Translations under genes and position numbers: made by a program
The notes under the pieces: generated by a model
What the model was told of the DNA's origin: nothing
Seen by the model: only the letters and a program-made list of their open reading frames with translations
Database searches by the model: none
Part shown: positions 40,738-51,451 of the stretch, piece by piece
Numbering within the stretch: the stretch's first letter is position 1
Layout: each line of letters opens with the position of its first letter
NCBI GenBank assembly: GCA_965153285.1
Contig: OZ229116.1
From: Podarcis tiliguerta
Lineage: Eukaryota
Direction: 5' to 3' (one strand)
Length of the DNA: 64,000 nucleotides

Positions 40738-42827
40738 TTTGTTTGCTTGTTTGCTTGCTTGCTTGTTTGTTTGTTTGTTTGTTTGTTTGTTTGTTTGTTT
40801 TTATTAACTTTTCAATTTTACATCTCAAAATAGACAGCTTACATAATACCATACATTCAATGGCTTCCCTCCTTCCCTTTCCATGGATCATTTAATTTAT
40901 CTACCATTACTGCATATTGTACTATAACCATTTTATTCAGTTCTTCTAACTTACATCACTCAAGTGTTTATTATACTGTTGAATTTACCTTAATGCTGCC
41001 AGCATTTTCAACTGTGCACAATTATTTTCTATATACTCAGCAAAAGTTTTCCACTCTTCTTTAAATACATGTTCTTCTTGCTCTCTTATTCTATACGTTA
41101 GACCAGCTAGTTCCGCATATTCTATCATCTTAAATTGCCAATCCTCCTTACCTGGGACCTCCCTCACTTTCCATTTTTGGGCTACCAAAACTCAGGACAT
41201 CGTTATTGCATACATAAATAAGTTTTTCTGGCACCTGAGAACTTCTGTCTGAACTATTCCTAACAAAAATGCCTCTGGTCTTTTTGGGAAAGTTGTTTTT
41301 TTAAAAAAAATTATCTCATGATAAATCATTTCCCAATATTGTTTAAGCTTTTTACAAATGAAAAAGTTCAATTCATTTATTTACATTTTCAACACAAATC
41401 TGATTCTACTTTATACATCTTAGCCAATCTACTCGGGCTTAAATACCGTCTATGAATTATTTTCATGTAGCATGTGTGTAGTATGCAGTAAATTTCAAGT
41501 CATTCTTCCAAAGTTTCTCCCAAAGGTAAACCTATGTTATGTTTTATGTCCTTTGCCCAGTATGTCATTGAAGCTTTAGCCAGCTCGTCCTTTGTTTCCC
41601 ATTCCAATAATAATTTATACATTTTAGACAGTAAAACTGTGAGCTTTGGTCTGAAACCCCATTTTTCTTATCTAGTTTAAACGTATCATGTAACTGGTGA
41701 TACTGTAACCAATTCCTAACTTCCATTGGTTTCAGTCTGGGTTCACTCCCTGAAAGGTCCAGCAAGTCTCTATAGGTCGCCCACTGTCTATCCATATTAA
41801 TTCTCTTAATTGTGGTTGCTTCAGTAGAGGATAGCCATAGAGGTGTTTTACTTTCCAGCAAATGTTTGTATTTCTTCCAGACTCTATACAAATTTCTCCT
41901 AATAATGTGGTTCATAAAACTCATAAATTTTATCTTTCCCATACCAAAGACATGCATCCCAACCAAATTTTATGTTGTGGCCATCCAGATCTAAAATGTG
42001 TGCATTTTACAATCCATTCTTTAGCCAGCACAGACAAGCTGCCTCATAGTACAATTGCAGGTCTGGCAGGACAAAGCCTCCTCTTTCTTTTGTATCTATC
42101 CAAATTTTATGTTTAATTCCAGGCTTTCCCCCCTGTGAGACAAATTTAGAGATATCTTTTTCCATTCTTTAAGGCAACTTAAATTATTAACCATTGGGAT
42201 TGATTGGAATAAAAGCAACATCTTAGGAAGCACATTCATTTTAATGGCTGAAATTCTACCTAGTAGAGAAAGCTTCATCCTTCCCCATATTGCCAGCTCT
42301 TTTTAAATATCTTTCCACAGATGAATATAATTATCTTGAAATAAATTGAGATTTCTCACCATCAGCCAAATCACCAAGTATTTAACTTTCTTACCTATTT
42401 TTAAGCCACTCACCATTTCTAAAGCCTTTTTCAACTGCTCATGTTTTTAACCAACATTTTGGTCTTTTCTGTGTTTATTTTAAAACTTGCCACTTCTCCA
42501 AAGTTTTAATTTTTTTCTAGTTCCTTGGGGAGACTTACAATAGGTTGTTACAAAGTTAACACCACATCATTTGCAAATGCTTTCATTCGACTTATTGCCA
42601 TCTGCAGTTCCTACATTGATATGGGTGCATTTAAAGTTCTCAAGTTTTATTTAGATGCTTTAGGTATGTTGCAGTCTTTAAATAAGTCCTTTTTCTCAAG
42701 ATCTTCCTTCTCACACCAATATAATGCTGTATAAAAATTTATCAATGCTGTCCTTATCTCTTTCGGGCTTGTCAAATGTTTCTCCTCATCAATAATATTA
42801 TTTATTATCTTATTTTTCCTTTCTTTT
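40738..42827 (-). mobile_element. 5'-truncated, decayed L1 LINE (ORF2 RT to C-terminus, 3'UTR, tail)
   Basis: Minus-strand peptides KLSLLGRISAIKMNVLPKMLLLFQSIP, AFANDVVL and KMIEYAELAGLT...EEWKTF with multiple stops and frameshifts. (AAAC)n tail. 18-bp TSD TTCATGAGTAGRAGTTTG (40720-40737, 42828-42845). Confidence 0.9.
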
Positions 42828-43099
42828 TTCATGAGTAGAAGTTTGGTGGGGAAGCATTCTGCAATGGCAGTGAGACCAAAAAGGTCATGTGTGTTGAGTG
42901 AAGACATCCCCACCCCTTCTCTGATGTGAACTACACTGTGAGAATGCAACTTGAAATGCAACCTTGCTCCATTTTAAGCCTCTAATGTGAACATTGCCTG
43001 GCACCGAAAAACTAACAACATTAGTGCCATGCTTGTTTCGCTGGGGTGAAAATTCCAAAAACTGGGAACCACCACTGAAAAAGCTTATGCCCTCATTGC

Positions 43100-43470
43100 C
43101 ACCTTCCACACCTTCCTTGGAAGAGGCACACAGGGAAGGGCCCATTTGATTATTGAAGGGTCTTATGAAAAGGTTCATAGGGAGAGAGGCTGTTCTTGCC
43201 ATATTGGGTCCTGAGGCCCACAATAGGTCAAAACCACCCCCTTGAATTTAGCCTGGAAATGATTTGGTAGCCATTTGGACCAGAATCAGTGTTATGTGGT
43301 ACCAGTCAGCAATCAGGCCACTGAATTCTATACTAGCGGCAGTTTCCAAACCACCTTGAAAGGTAGCCCTACATGTGCTGCGCTGTAGTAATCTAACCCA
43401 GAAGTGACTTGAGCATGAACAATAGAAGCTAGGTTATCCCCATCCAAATTGGGTTGCAGCTGGACCACTC
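43100..43470 (-). mobile_element. L2 LINE fragment
   Basis: NLASIVHAQVTSGLDYYSAAHVGLPFKVVWKL plus a downstream GGCTAAATTCAAGG...TTGTGGGCCT-type L2 3' sequence. Confidence 0.72.
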
Positions 43471-44297
43471 CATGCCACAGAGACCACTTGTGCTTCCAGT
43501 GTCTGTAGTGGAGCCAGACCAGAACCCCATCCAGAACAGGTCCATGAAGCCATGCCACCATTTCCTAAAGAAACCTGAAGACTGGTTACAGGTTTTCATT
43601 CCTTCCAACTGCTAAGGCAAGTTGCTAATCCTTAGAGATGCTGCATAGACAATTTATCTGGCCTCTTGGAGTTTAGACACTCCTTAGCTGGCCTTACTGC
43701 AAAAGGACTCGAGGAGTTAGCTTTCACTGTGTCCACAGAATCATGAAACCCTGTGGAAATTGCAGCCTTGTGATAACGATCCAAATTTCCATGAAGCTGA
43801 ACTCAAAAACAGCATTGAAAATGTGTGTTCTTGGTTGGAGGAGTTGGAGGGAGGAGGGAAGAAGCAAGATCATGCATACCTGTACAGTATTATGCACTTA
43901 CTATGCGCTGTGTGGGAGAAGAGAATTTAAAGGCACGAGCTCAAATGTAGCAGCAGTGCCTCGGCCACATTTGGGTTTCAAAACCGCAGAGGCAGAACAT
44001 CTGCTCTCATTTACACCCTTTGCTTGAGCTTGTGTGTGTGTTACTGGAAATCTCTAGAAAACTAGATTGTGCATTAGTATAAAAAAACAAACAAACCCTG
44101 GGCACCTACAATCCTCTTGTCCACCCTTCAACGTTCTGTTTTATGATATTGGAACAACAGCTATAAAAGTAACTCAAATAAGGTATTTTTTTTGTTTTGT
44201 TTCAAACTAAGAGCTGCAGCACAACCTGTATCAGATTGAAGGATTTGCTGCTGGCTTTATGACTTCAGAGTAAACTACGTATTTGTTCTAAGTAGCA

Positions 44298-44506
44298 AGC
44301 TCCGAGGAGAGGTTTAAAAGACTTTGCATTGTTCATAGAATCTCTCAAGCATACTGAGGGTGGAATTCCATCTGTTCAATCCAGTTCAGTTCAGTGAACT
44401 GGTTCAGTTTCAGTGGTTCATTGGGCTGTGACACTTTGCAGAAATTAGGCTAAATTAGAAAAAAAGGCTTTACATTATCTTTTAAGAGGCTGCATGGCAA
44501 GATAAC
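44298..44506 (-). repeat. Unassigned element, copy C
   Basis: Reverse complement of copy A across about 200 bp (ATCTTG.CATGCAGC through CTCCT..GAGCTT). Confidence 0.75.
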
Positions 44507-46523
44507 TCAAAAGTGCCATTGCCTCAGTTCCCCCACCCACCTGCCTGTATGGTAAAGACAATTTAACATGTACCATTAAGGACTGAAAGACATGCCCATT
44601 TGTCTGCTGCCTTAAACCTCGATCCTTAAACATGTTTTGTGGAGCAACGTCCCATTGAAATGAATAGGATACGCTTCAATGTAATATGTTTAAAAGTGAG
44701 GTGTTAAGTTTGATATTTCTCTCGCACACAAGCACACAATGCAAGCAGCTCTCAACCTGCACACCCCTGACTCGCTTCTCCACACAGTATGAGAGATTTA
44801 GCAGCAAAACAACCCTTTTGGCAACTTGAATAGGAAGTACGCTGTCTAGCTGATTGACTAGAATTCCACTTTGTTTGACTGAATGCCTTTTTTAATCAAG
44901 CAAGTCAGAGTAATCCAAATTATTTGCCTAACACAGCACTTTAAAAAAAAAGAATCAAAAGCCAAATGTGAGAAGTACATATTTTCTAATTAAAAACATT
45001 ATATTGTAACAATTCAGTCCTAGACATATTTGCATGAATGTAGGTCCTATTAACAATGAGGATTGTTATATGCATGGGAATTAGTAAAAGACAATAATTT
45101 TAGCCCTTTATTGTTTAAACCAGAGTCCCACAAGAGTTTTACAGTTGGTGATGTACACCTGTATTGGGGGGATTTAATAGATTATGCACACCTTTACTGT
45201 GAGAGCTGTTCCATAGTTCTCATAATTTTCTGGCTCACATGAGCAGGATTTAAAATGCAGAAATGAGAACTGTAACAGTAAAGCATCAGCAGCTGACACT
45301 GGGCCCTGTTTTATTTATGAAATCAACTATTTTGTCAACCTATTTTGGCCCATGGGCATACTGGGATTTCTGAATGAGTGCTTGGGCACCACCACATCTG
45401 TTCACTTCTCCCCCTCCTTCATTGGATGATGCACCCTACTCCTTGATACAGAAAGAGAAAAAGCATACCCACAGAGACCACTTTTTCAATGGGTCTGGGT
45501 GAAAGCTGTTTACAGTACAATTAATCTGAGATTTGGAAAGGGCATAGAATTTAAAGAGTGTCACTCCTCCAACTTCCTCCTTCAGCAAGAGAAAAGGCAA
45601 CCACGCTCATCACCTCAAGACCAAGGGCACAATGGGGTAGGCTCATAAGCTTTGTGGACACCAGGGAAAACCGTCAACTGCAGCACTTTGCCTATGGGTG
45701 CTATTTAGCAACCCCTGAATTAGACAGTACAGCTTCAAGCAGGAAATGAACATCTGACTCCAAGTGGTCATTGCATGGAAGGAAGGAGAGCAGCAGCGTA
45801 CATTCCTGTTCTGCAGGTCCAGGTTTTTCTTGGTTGGGGGTGGTGGACAAGCGGTTGACACCCTATCACAGTCCCCTTTGGCTGAATTGCTTTTCCACTC
45901 TGAACTTTCAATATAAAGTTTCGCCAAAGAGATACCTAGGGTTAGAGCAGCACCCTGCATTCACAGAACTTTATGGCCAATGGTTCTTTTCAGTTGGTAA
46001 ACAAAGTTCAAGCTGTGGGTAACACTAGGTTTAATATCTCTGTGGTCAGGACGGGGCAGAGTATTGTTTTATAGAAAGCTCGTCACAGTTTGATTGGAGG
46101 CCAGAAATACGTAATTACAGCTGTAAGAACAGAGGAAGACCTATGAGTATTAGTATTTGAACCAAATCCTTCGTTCCTTTTTAGGGAGAAACAAAAATTA
46201 CATCCCTGTTTCTGCATTTTAGCATCTCTTGGTGCATCCTTCTCCATTCATCCAGGGTGATTTTATGTCTTTTTATTTTTCTCAGCCTGCACTTGCTGCT
46301 AAATCCTTTCAGATCATAGTTGTCCTTGTGTTTCAAGTCAAGTGGCCACAGGACTTGTCCTTTGTTTCAGCTGTTTCTGCTTTTCTTCCTGCTGCTTCTT
46401 TCTTCCCTATTTTTCAGTAGTTTGTCATCTCAACTTTTCCTCAACTTTTTCATACCCACTTGAAATGTTATGTGTCCCCCATTATTTTCCACCGAAGCCT
46501 CTTAATGCCTAAGTGAAAGTTTC

Positions 46524-46881
46524 TGAAATATACTCAGAGTCGCAAAGTGATTTCATGCTCTTTATTCAGCTCATAGTGGTGAGGAGGAATGAATGAAGTA
46601 TCTGCTTTATATACATTATTTACACAATGGGCTGCACATGATTGGCTAATTCTGGAATTCTACTGTAAGCCAATCAGGTTGTGGATTCACTTATATCTGG
46701 AGCATGATTGGGTGGTTCCTGCCAACCAATCAGACTGCTGCATTGTTCTAGGACCAATCAGACTGATGCATTCTGAATCCTATTGTTCTAGGACCAATCA
46801 GACTGCTGCGATTTGGATCCTATTGTTCTAGGACCAATCAGACTGCTGCAGTTTGGATCCTATTCAACTCAGTACATAACA
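46524..46881 (-). repeat. 3' LTR (358 bp)
   Basis: Preceded on the minus strand by the PPT. Contains TATATAAAG (46605-46613) and AATAAA (46561-46566) on the minus strand. Confidence 0.96.
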
Positions 46882-46893
46882 CCCCTCCCCTCT
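46882..46893 (-). promoter_or_regulatory. Polypurine tract
   Basis: AGAGGGGAGGGG on the minus strand, directly abutting the 3' LTR and overlapping the TAG stop codon. Confidence 0.92.
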
Positions 46894-49800
46894 AAGTTCC
46901 AGTCCTGCCCGGGAGGTCACATTCATAGTCCTCGAGGTACGCCGGCGGCCTACGTGTGCGTTGCGGCCTGTGGTGTTCCCTGGTCCGGGGTTCAGGTTCT
47001 GGCTCGTGTTCCAAGGATGCTTGCTGTGATGGGCCTGTTTGGTCTGGCACAACCGGCTCGCTCAGTCGTGGTTCTGGTTCCGGTGTCCTTTCGGCCTCGC
47101 GGGTCCTCTCTGTATTTACTGATTCTGCCTCTCCTGCTGGCCCCTCCTGCTCTATGGGCCTCACTGCCGCTCTGTTCCCTTGGGACTCCTCTGACCTTTC
47201 CTCCTCCTGGTTTTCTCCCGGGAATCGTCGCCGTATCTGGTCGCAGTGGCGGCGCCAGCATTGCCCCCCATCCGTTAGCACCTCGTATGACACGGGGCCA
47301 GTGACCCTGGTGACTGTGGCGGGTACCCATGCTGGGCCTGCCCCAAAATTCTTTGCGTACACTGGGTCCTGGGCCTCGAAGGTCCGGGGGTTCCTGCCTT
47401 CCCCCACCACTACCTCATCCTGAGCTCTATCGGGGTGAAGGCGGTCCAATCTGATTGCAAGGCGCCGACCCATTAGTAGTTCAGCGGGGCTCCGGCCAGT
47501 TGTTGAGCTGGGGGTGCTGTGCTGTGCTAGGAGGAATGTGGCAAGGCGGTACTCCCAATCCCCTTGCGTCATGCGGCGAAGGGTGTCCTTGGTGGTCCGC
47601 ACCATGCGTTCTGCTTGGCCATTGGTGGCAGGGTGGAATGGCGCCGAACGGATGTGGCGGATGGCGTTCTGCGCTGTGAAGGTTTGGAATTCTCCTGACG
47701 TGAATGCAGTCCCGTTGTCTGAGACGAGAGTGTCAGGGAGCCCGTGGGTTGCAAACAGCCTGCGTAGTACCCGGATGGCTGCGGATGTAGAAGTGGACGG
47801 TACCAGTGCGACTTCCAGCCATTTGGTGTAGGAGTCCACCACTATGAAGAATGTTTTCCCCTGAAAGGGGCCAGCGAAGTCCACATGCAGGCGTGACCAT
47901 GGTGCTCGGGCGGACTCCCAGGACTGGACTGGGGCCCTTGGGGGATCTGGGCGGGATTCTTGGCAGGCCTGGCAGTGTTTGACCCAGGCCTCTATCTCTC
48001 CGTCGATCCCCGGCCACCACACATAACTCCTGGCCAGGGCCTTCATTCTTACTACCCCTGGGTGTGTCTCGTGTAGGGCTGTGAGGACCCTTTTGCGGAG
48101 GGGCTGGGGAACAACGACCCTGCTTCCCCATAACAGGCACCCCTTGTGGGCCGACAGTTCATGTTTGCGGGTTGTGTAGCCAGCGAATTCTGGCCCAGGG
48201 CTGTTGCTGGGCCATCCCCTCCACACCCAGTCCAGGACCCGGGAGATGACCCTGTCTTTCTTGGAATGGTGTGCAACTTCTTGTGCCTGAATGGGGCGGT
48301 CGGGAAGCAGCTCCAGGCTCATAACCTCTTGTGCAGGTGCTGGGTCGGGGCCTGTTTCCGGTAGTGGTAGCCTGCTGAGAGCGTCCGCATGGCCCATCGC
48401 CTTCCCAGGTCGGTGAATCAGTGCATACTGGTAGCTGGCAAGGAAAATTGACCACCTGAGGACGCGAGGAGACAGCACTTGGGGGGTCTGCTTTTCGGGG
48501 GCAAACAAGCCAAGCAACGGCTTGTGGTCAGTCACCACGGTGAAGGGCCGCCCGTACAAGAAATCATGGAATTTTTTTACTCCCTTCACAATTGCCAGCC
48601 CCTCCTTGTCTATTTGTGAGTAGTTCCGTTCGGTTGCGCTGAGTGTCTGGGAAAAGTATGCTACTGGTACCTCTCTTCCATCCGGGAGTTGGTGTCCCAG
48701 GACAGCGCCAATGCCATAGGGTGAGGCGTCGCATGCTAGCACCACCGGCAGCCTCTCGTCGAAGTGTGCCAAGACCGAGTTTGAGACAAGCAAGTCCTTG
48801 ACTGCCTGGAATGCAGCCTCCTGGCGCTGGCCCCACACCCAAGGGGCCCGCTTGTCCAGAAGTCTGTGTAGGGGCTCTGCTACCGCCGCTTTGTGGGGAA
48901 GGAAGGAATGGTAAAAGTTCAATAGTCCCAAGAAGGCCTGAAGTTCAGTCTTGTTCTTGGGCGCTGGGGCATCACAAATGGCCCGTACCTTGTCCCCAGT
49001 CGGGTGGACCCCTTCTGCGTCCACCATAAATCCCAGAAAGTCCACCTGAGGCACTCCTAGTAGACATTTTTCCCGCTTCACCTTGAGACCCGCCGTCTGG
49101 AAACGGTGCAGAACGGTGCGGAGGCGGTCCTCAAACTCCTCTGGTGTGGGCCCGGCAATCAACACATCATCGAAGAAGGGGGTGACGCCAGGAATTCCTT
49201 TAAGGAGAGAGTCCATTAGGTTCTGGAATATGCCTGGTGCCACGCTGACGCCGAATTGCAGCCGCTTTACCCTGAACGCTCCTCTGTGCGTCACAATCGT
49301 CTGTGCCTCTGCTGTGGCCTCATCTACTGGTAGCTGTTGATATGCTTGGGCCAAGTCCAGCTTGCCAAAAATTTTCGACCCAGCCAGGGTGGCAAGGACA
49401 TGGCTGACCACTGGCACTGGGTATGCATGGGCCGTGAGGGCCTTGTTTATGGTACATTTGTAGTCTGCGCAGATGCGGACCGAACCATTAGGCTTGACGG
49501 GTGTGACGATTGGGGTTTCCCAGGGGGCATTAGGCACCGGCTCCAGCACTCCTTGCTCCACGAGCCGGTCCAATTCCTCATCTATACGGGGTTTCAGGGC
49601 GAACGGGACCCGGCGGGCCTTGAGCCTGACTGGTCGTACTGCGGGGTCAAGCTGTAGAGCAATGGGGGGGCCCTTATACTGTCCCAATTTCCCATCAAAA
49701 ACCCCCGGAAATTCCTTGCATATGGCGTCCACATCCACTTGTAAGCTAGTGTTGTTCACCCCGGTGACGGCTAGCCCCAGTGGTCCAAACCATGCCAATC

Positions 49801-50968
49801 CCAGTAAGCTAATGTAGGGGCCCTTGACCACAAGCAAGTCTAATTGCCGCGTCCGCCCTCGGTATTGCACCCTGAAGGTCCCCACCCCCATTGTGGGGAC
49901 CTTACGTTTCTGGAAGTCCCGGAGGGTGAATGGGGCCGGCCTGAGTTTGGGACCCCCAGTAGGACACAGTTTCCTTAAGGTCCTTGCCGAGATTATGGAT
50001 AGATTTGAACCCGTGTCAAGCTCCATGCGGCATGGGGCCCCCTCTATCTGTACCTCTACATAAATTTTCTCTACGTTGGGGTGGGGCAACTGGTATACCT
50101 GGAAGTCCGTGAGCTCCGTTGAGTTGCCTTGGTGCGTTGGGCCCCGGGACCTGGGGCTCTTGGATTGGTCATCTGATGCCTGGCGTCGGGTGGGCCGAGC
50201 CCGACACACCCGTGCGATGTGCCCCAATTTTCTGCACTGCCTGCACTCTGCGTTGCGGAAACGGCAGGTCCTCCTCTCGTGACTTTCTCCACAGCTTGCG
50301 CAGTTCTCTCCTTCTCGTCGAGGCAGCTGTGGTATGTGGGCTGCTTGAGTGCGCTGCTGTACTCGGTGCACCTCCTCCCTGTTGGATCCTGAGTCGTCGG
50401 TGAGGTCTTCGTGGTGGACCCTCGGTTGGGATGGCTGGCTCGGCCGTGCCTCTTGTGTCGACTTCTCAGCAGCTTCCGTTGCCAGGGCCTCCTCCAGAGC
50501 GACCTGGAACGTTAGGTTCTTCTTAGCGTAGAGGCGTCGTTGCAGCTTCTCATCCCTCAGGCCACCGACGAGGCGGTCACGAAGCATGTTCTCCAGCTCT
50601 GAGAAGTTGCAGAACCGGGCGGCTTGGCGGAGAGAGGTCACAAACCCAGTTATGGTTTCCCCAGGGGCTTGCCGCTTTGCGTAGAAGGCATTTCGACGAG
50701 CCACCACTGAGGGCTGTGGCGAAAAGTGCCCCTTCAGCTGTTCCATTATTGTTTTGTATGGAACTGTAGCGACGTCTTCAGGCGCAAGGAGAGCCCGGGC
50801 GATTTCAAACGTCTCCTCTCCGCAGACGCTGAAGAATATTGCCCTCTTCTTGGCGTCTTCTTCATCGGTGACCCCTTTGGCTTCTAGGAGGAAGGTGAAA
50901 CGAGAGGCGTACGCTTCCCAGTCTCCAGATGCTGGGTTGAACGGCGAGAAGCTGCTGTTGGTTGCCAT
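46892..50968 (-). CDS. Gag-Pol polyprotein, 1358 aa (gag, two zinc knuckles, aspartic protease, RT, RNase H, integrase)
   Basis: Uninterrupted ATG-to-TAG ORF. Motifs: CASCGESHERRTC and CRQCRKLGHIARVC knuckles; LDTGS protease; RT LDLAQAYQQ, LQFG, FFDD, FLG; RNase H LACDAS, KEGLA, TDHKPL, HADALSR; integrase HETHPG...CQAC zinc finger and HVDF / SDNG / QAERMV DDE triad. Confidence 0.97.
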   Translation of the reverse strand: MATNSSFSPFNPASGDWEAYASRFTFLLEAKGVTDEEDAKKRAIFFSVCGEETFEIARALLAPEDVATVPYKTIMEQLKGHFSPQPSVVARRNAFYAKRQAPGETITGFVTSLRQAARFCNFSELENMLRDRLVGGLRDEKLQRRLYAKKNLTFQVALEEALATEAAEKSTQEARPSQPSQPRVHHEDLTDDSGSNREEVHRVQQRTQAAHIPQLPRREGENCASCGESHERRTCRFRNAECRQCRKLGHIARVCRARPTRRQASDDQSKSPRSRGPTHQGNSTELTDFQVYQLPHPNVEKIYVEVQIEGAPCRMELDTGSNLSIISARTLRKLCPTGGPKLRPAPFTLRDFQKRKVPTMGVGTFRVQYRGRTRQLDLLVVKGPYISLLGLAWFGPLGLAVTGVNNTSLQVDVDAICKEFPGVFDGKLGQYKGPPIALQLDPAVRPVRLKARRVPFALKPRIDEELDRLVEQGVLEPVPNAPWETPIVTPVKPNGSVRICADYKCTINKALTAHAYPVPVVSHVLATLAGSKIFGKLDLAQAYQQLPVDEATAEAQTIVTHRGAFRVKRLQFGVSVAPGIFQNLMDSLLKGIPGVTPFFDDVLIAGPTPEEFEDRLRTVLHRFQTAGLKVKREKCLLGVPQVDFLGFMVDAEGVHPTGDKVRAICDAPAPKNKTELQAFLGLLNFYHSFLPHKAAVAEPLHRLLDKRAPWVWGQRQEAAFQAVKDLLVSNSVLAHFDERLPVVLACDASPYGIGAVLGHQLPDGREVPVAYFSQTLSATERNYSQIDKEGLAIVKGVKKFHDFLYGRPFTVVTDHKPLLGLFAPEKQTPQVLSPRVLRWSIFLASYQYALIHRPGKAMGHADALSRLPLPETGPDPAPAQEVMSLELLPDRPIQAQEVAHHSKKDRVISRVLDWVWRGWPSNSPGPEFAGYTTRKHELSAHKGCLLWGSRVVVPQPLRKRVLTALHETHPGVVRMKALARSYVWWPGIDGEIEAWVKHCQACQESRPDPPRAPVQSWESARAPWSRLHVDFAGPFQGKTFFIVVDSYTKWLEVALVPSTSTSAAIRVLRRLFATHGLPDTLVSDNGTAFTSGEFQTFTAQNAIRHIRSAPFHPATNGQAERMVRTTKDTLRRMTQGDWEYRLATFLLAQHSTPSSTTGRSPAELLMGRRLAIRLDRLHPDRAQDEVVVGEGRNPRTFEAQDPVYAKNFGAGPAWVPATVTRVTGPVSYEVLTDGGQCWRRHCDQIRRRFPGENQEEERSEESQGNRAAVRPIEQEGPAGEAESVNTERTREAERTPEPEPRLSEPVVPDQTGPSQQASLEHEPEPEPRTREHHRPQRTRRPPAYLEDYECDLPGRTGT

Positions 50969-51074
50969 TCTGAGTTCCTTGTGTCCCGGAGCTGAAGCCT
51001 GGATACACGGTGCGAGGCAGCGGTGCGGCAGGTGGCGGTGCTGCGGTGCGGTGTGTGGCAGTCAGCTCAGCGGG

Positions 51075-51092
51075 ATCCCACCTTCGTCGCCA
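51075..51092 (-). promoter_or_regulatory. Primer-binding site complementary to the tRNA-Ser(GCT) 3' end
   Basis: Minus strand TGGCGACGAAGGTGGGAT, 1 nt after the 5' LTR. Plus strand ATCCCACCTTCGTCGCCA matches the vertebrate tRNA-Ser(GCT) 3' end plus CCA as I recall it. Confidence 0.88.
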
Positions 51093-51093
51093 G

Positions 51094-51451
51094 TGAAATA
51101 TACTCAGAGTCGCAAAGTGATTTCATGCTCTTTATTCAGCTCATAGTGGTGAGGAGGAATGAATGAAGTATCTGCTTTATATACATTATTTACACAATGG
51201 GCTGCACATGATTGGCTAATTCTGGAATTCTACTGTAAGCCAATCAGGTTGTGGATTCACTTATATCTGGAGCATGATTGGGTGGTTCCTGCCAACCAAT
51301 CAGACTGCTGCATTGTTCTAGGACCAATCAGACTGATGCATTCTGAATCCTATTGTTCTAGGACCAATCAGACTGCTGCGATTTGGATCCTATTGTTCTA
51401 GGACCAATCAGACTGCTGCAGTTTGGATCCTATTCAACTCAGTACATAACA
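51094..51451 (-). repeat. 5' LTR (358 bp)
   Basis: Identical by eye to 46524-46881. Begins TGTTATG and ends TTTCA on the minus strand. Followed by the PBS. Confidence 0.96.
51175..51183 (-). promoter_or_regulatory. LTR TATA box downstream of a CCAAT-box array
   Basis: TATATAAAG on the minus strand, preceded in U3 by seven CCAATCA/TGATTGG motifs, with AATAAA about 40 bp downstream (51131-51136). Confidence 0.7.

Larger units (their letters stand above)
46524..51451 (-). mobile_element. Full-length Gypsy/Ty3 LTR retrotransposon, Mag-like (K02A2.6-like protein family)
   Basis: Two 358-bp direct repeats (46524-46881, 51094-51451) reading TG...CA on the minus strand. GTTTC duplicated at 46519-46523 and 51452-51456. 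PBS and PPT in canonical positions. Single gag-pol ORF with PR-RT-RH-IN order. Confidence 0.97.

Noticed and set aside
46725-46864. 40-bp repeats that could suggest a CRISPR-like array
   Set aside because: Units are contiguous with no unique spacers, lie inside an LTR, and the DNA is eukaryotic.
46813-47423. Antisense ORFs of 163 and 155 aa running from or near the 3' LTR over integrase (HBZ/ASP-like idea)
   Set aside because: The 163-aa frame starts at TTG, not ATG. Both are low-complexity shadows of a GC-rich coding strand, where long antisense frames are expected by chance.
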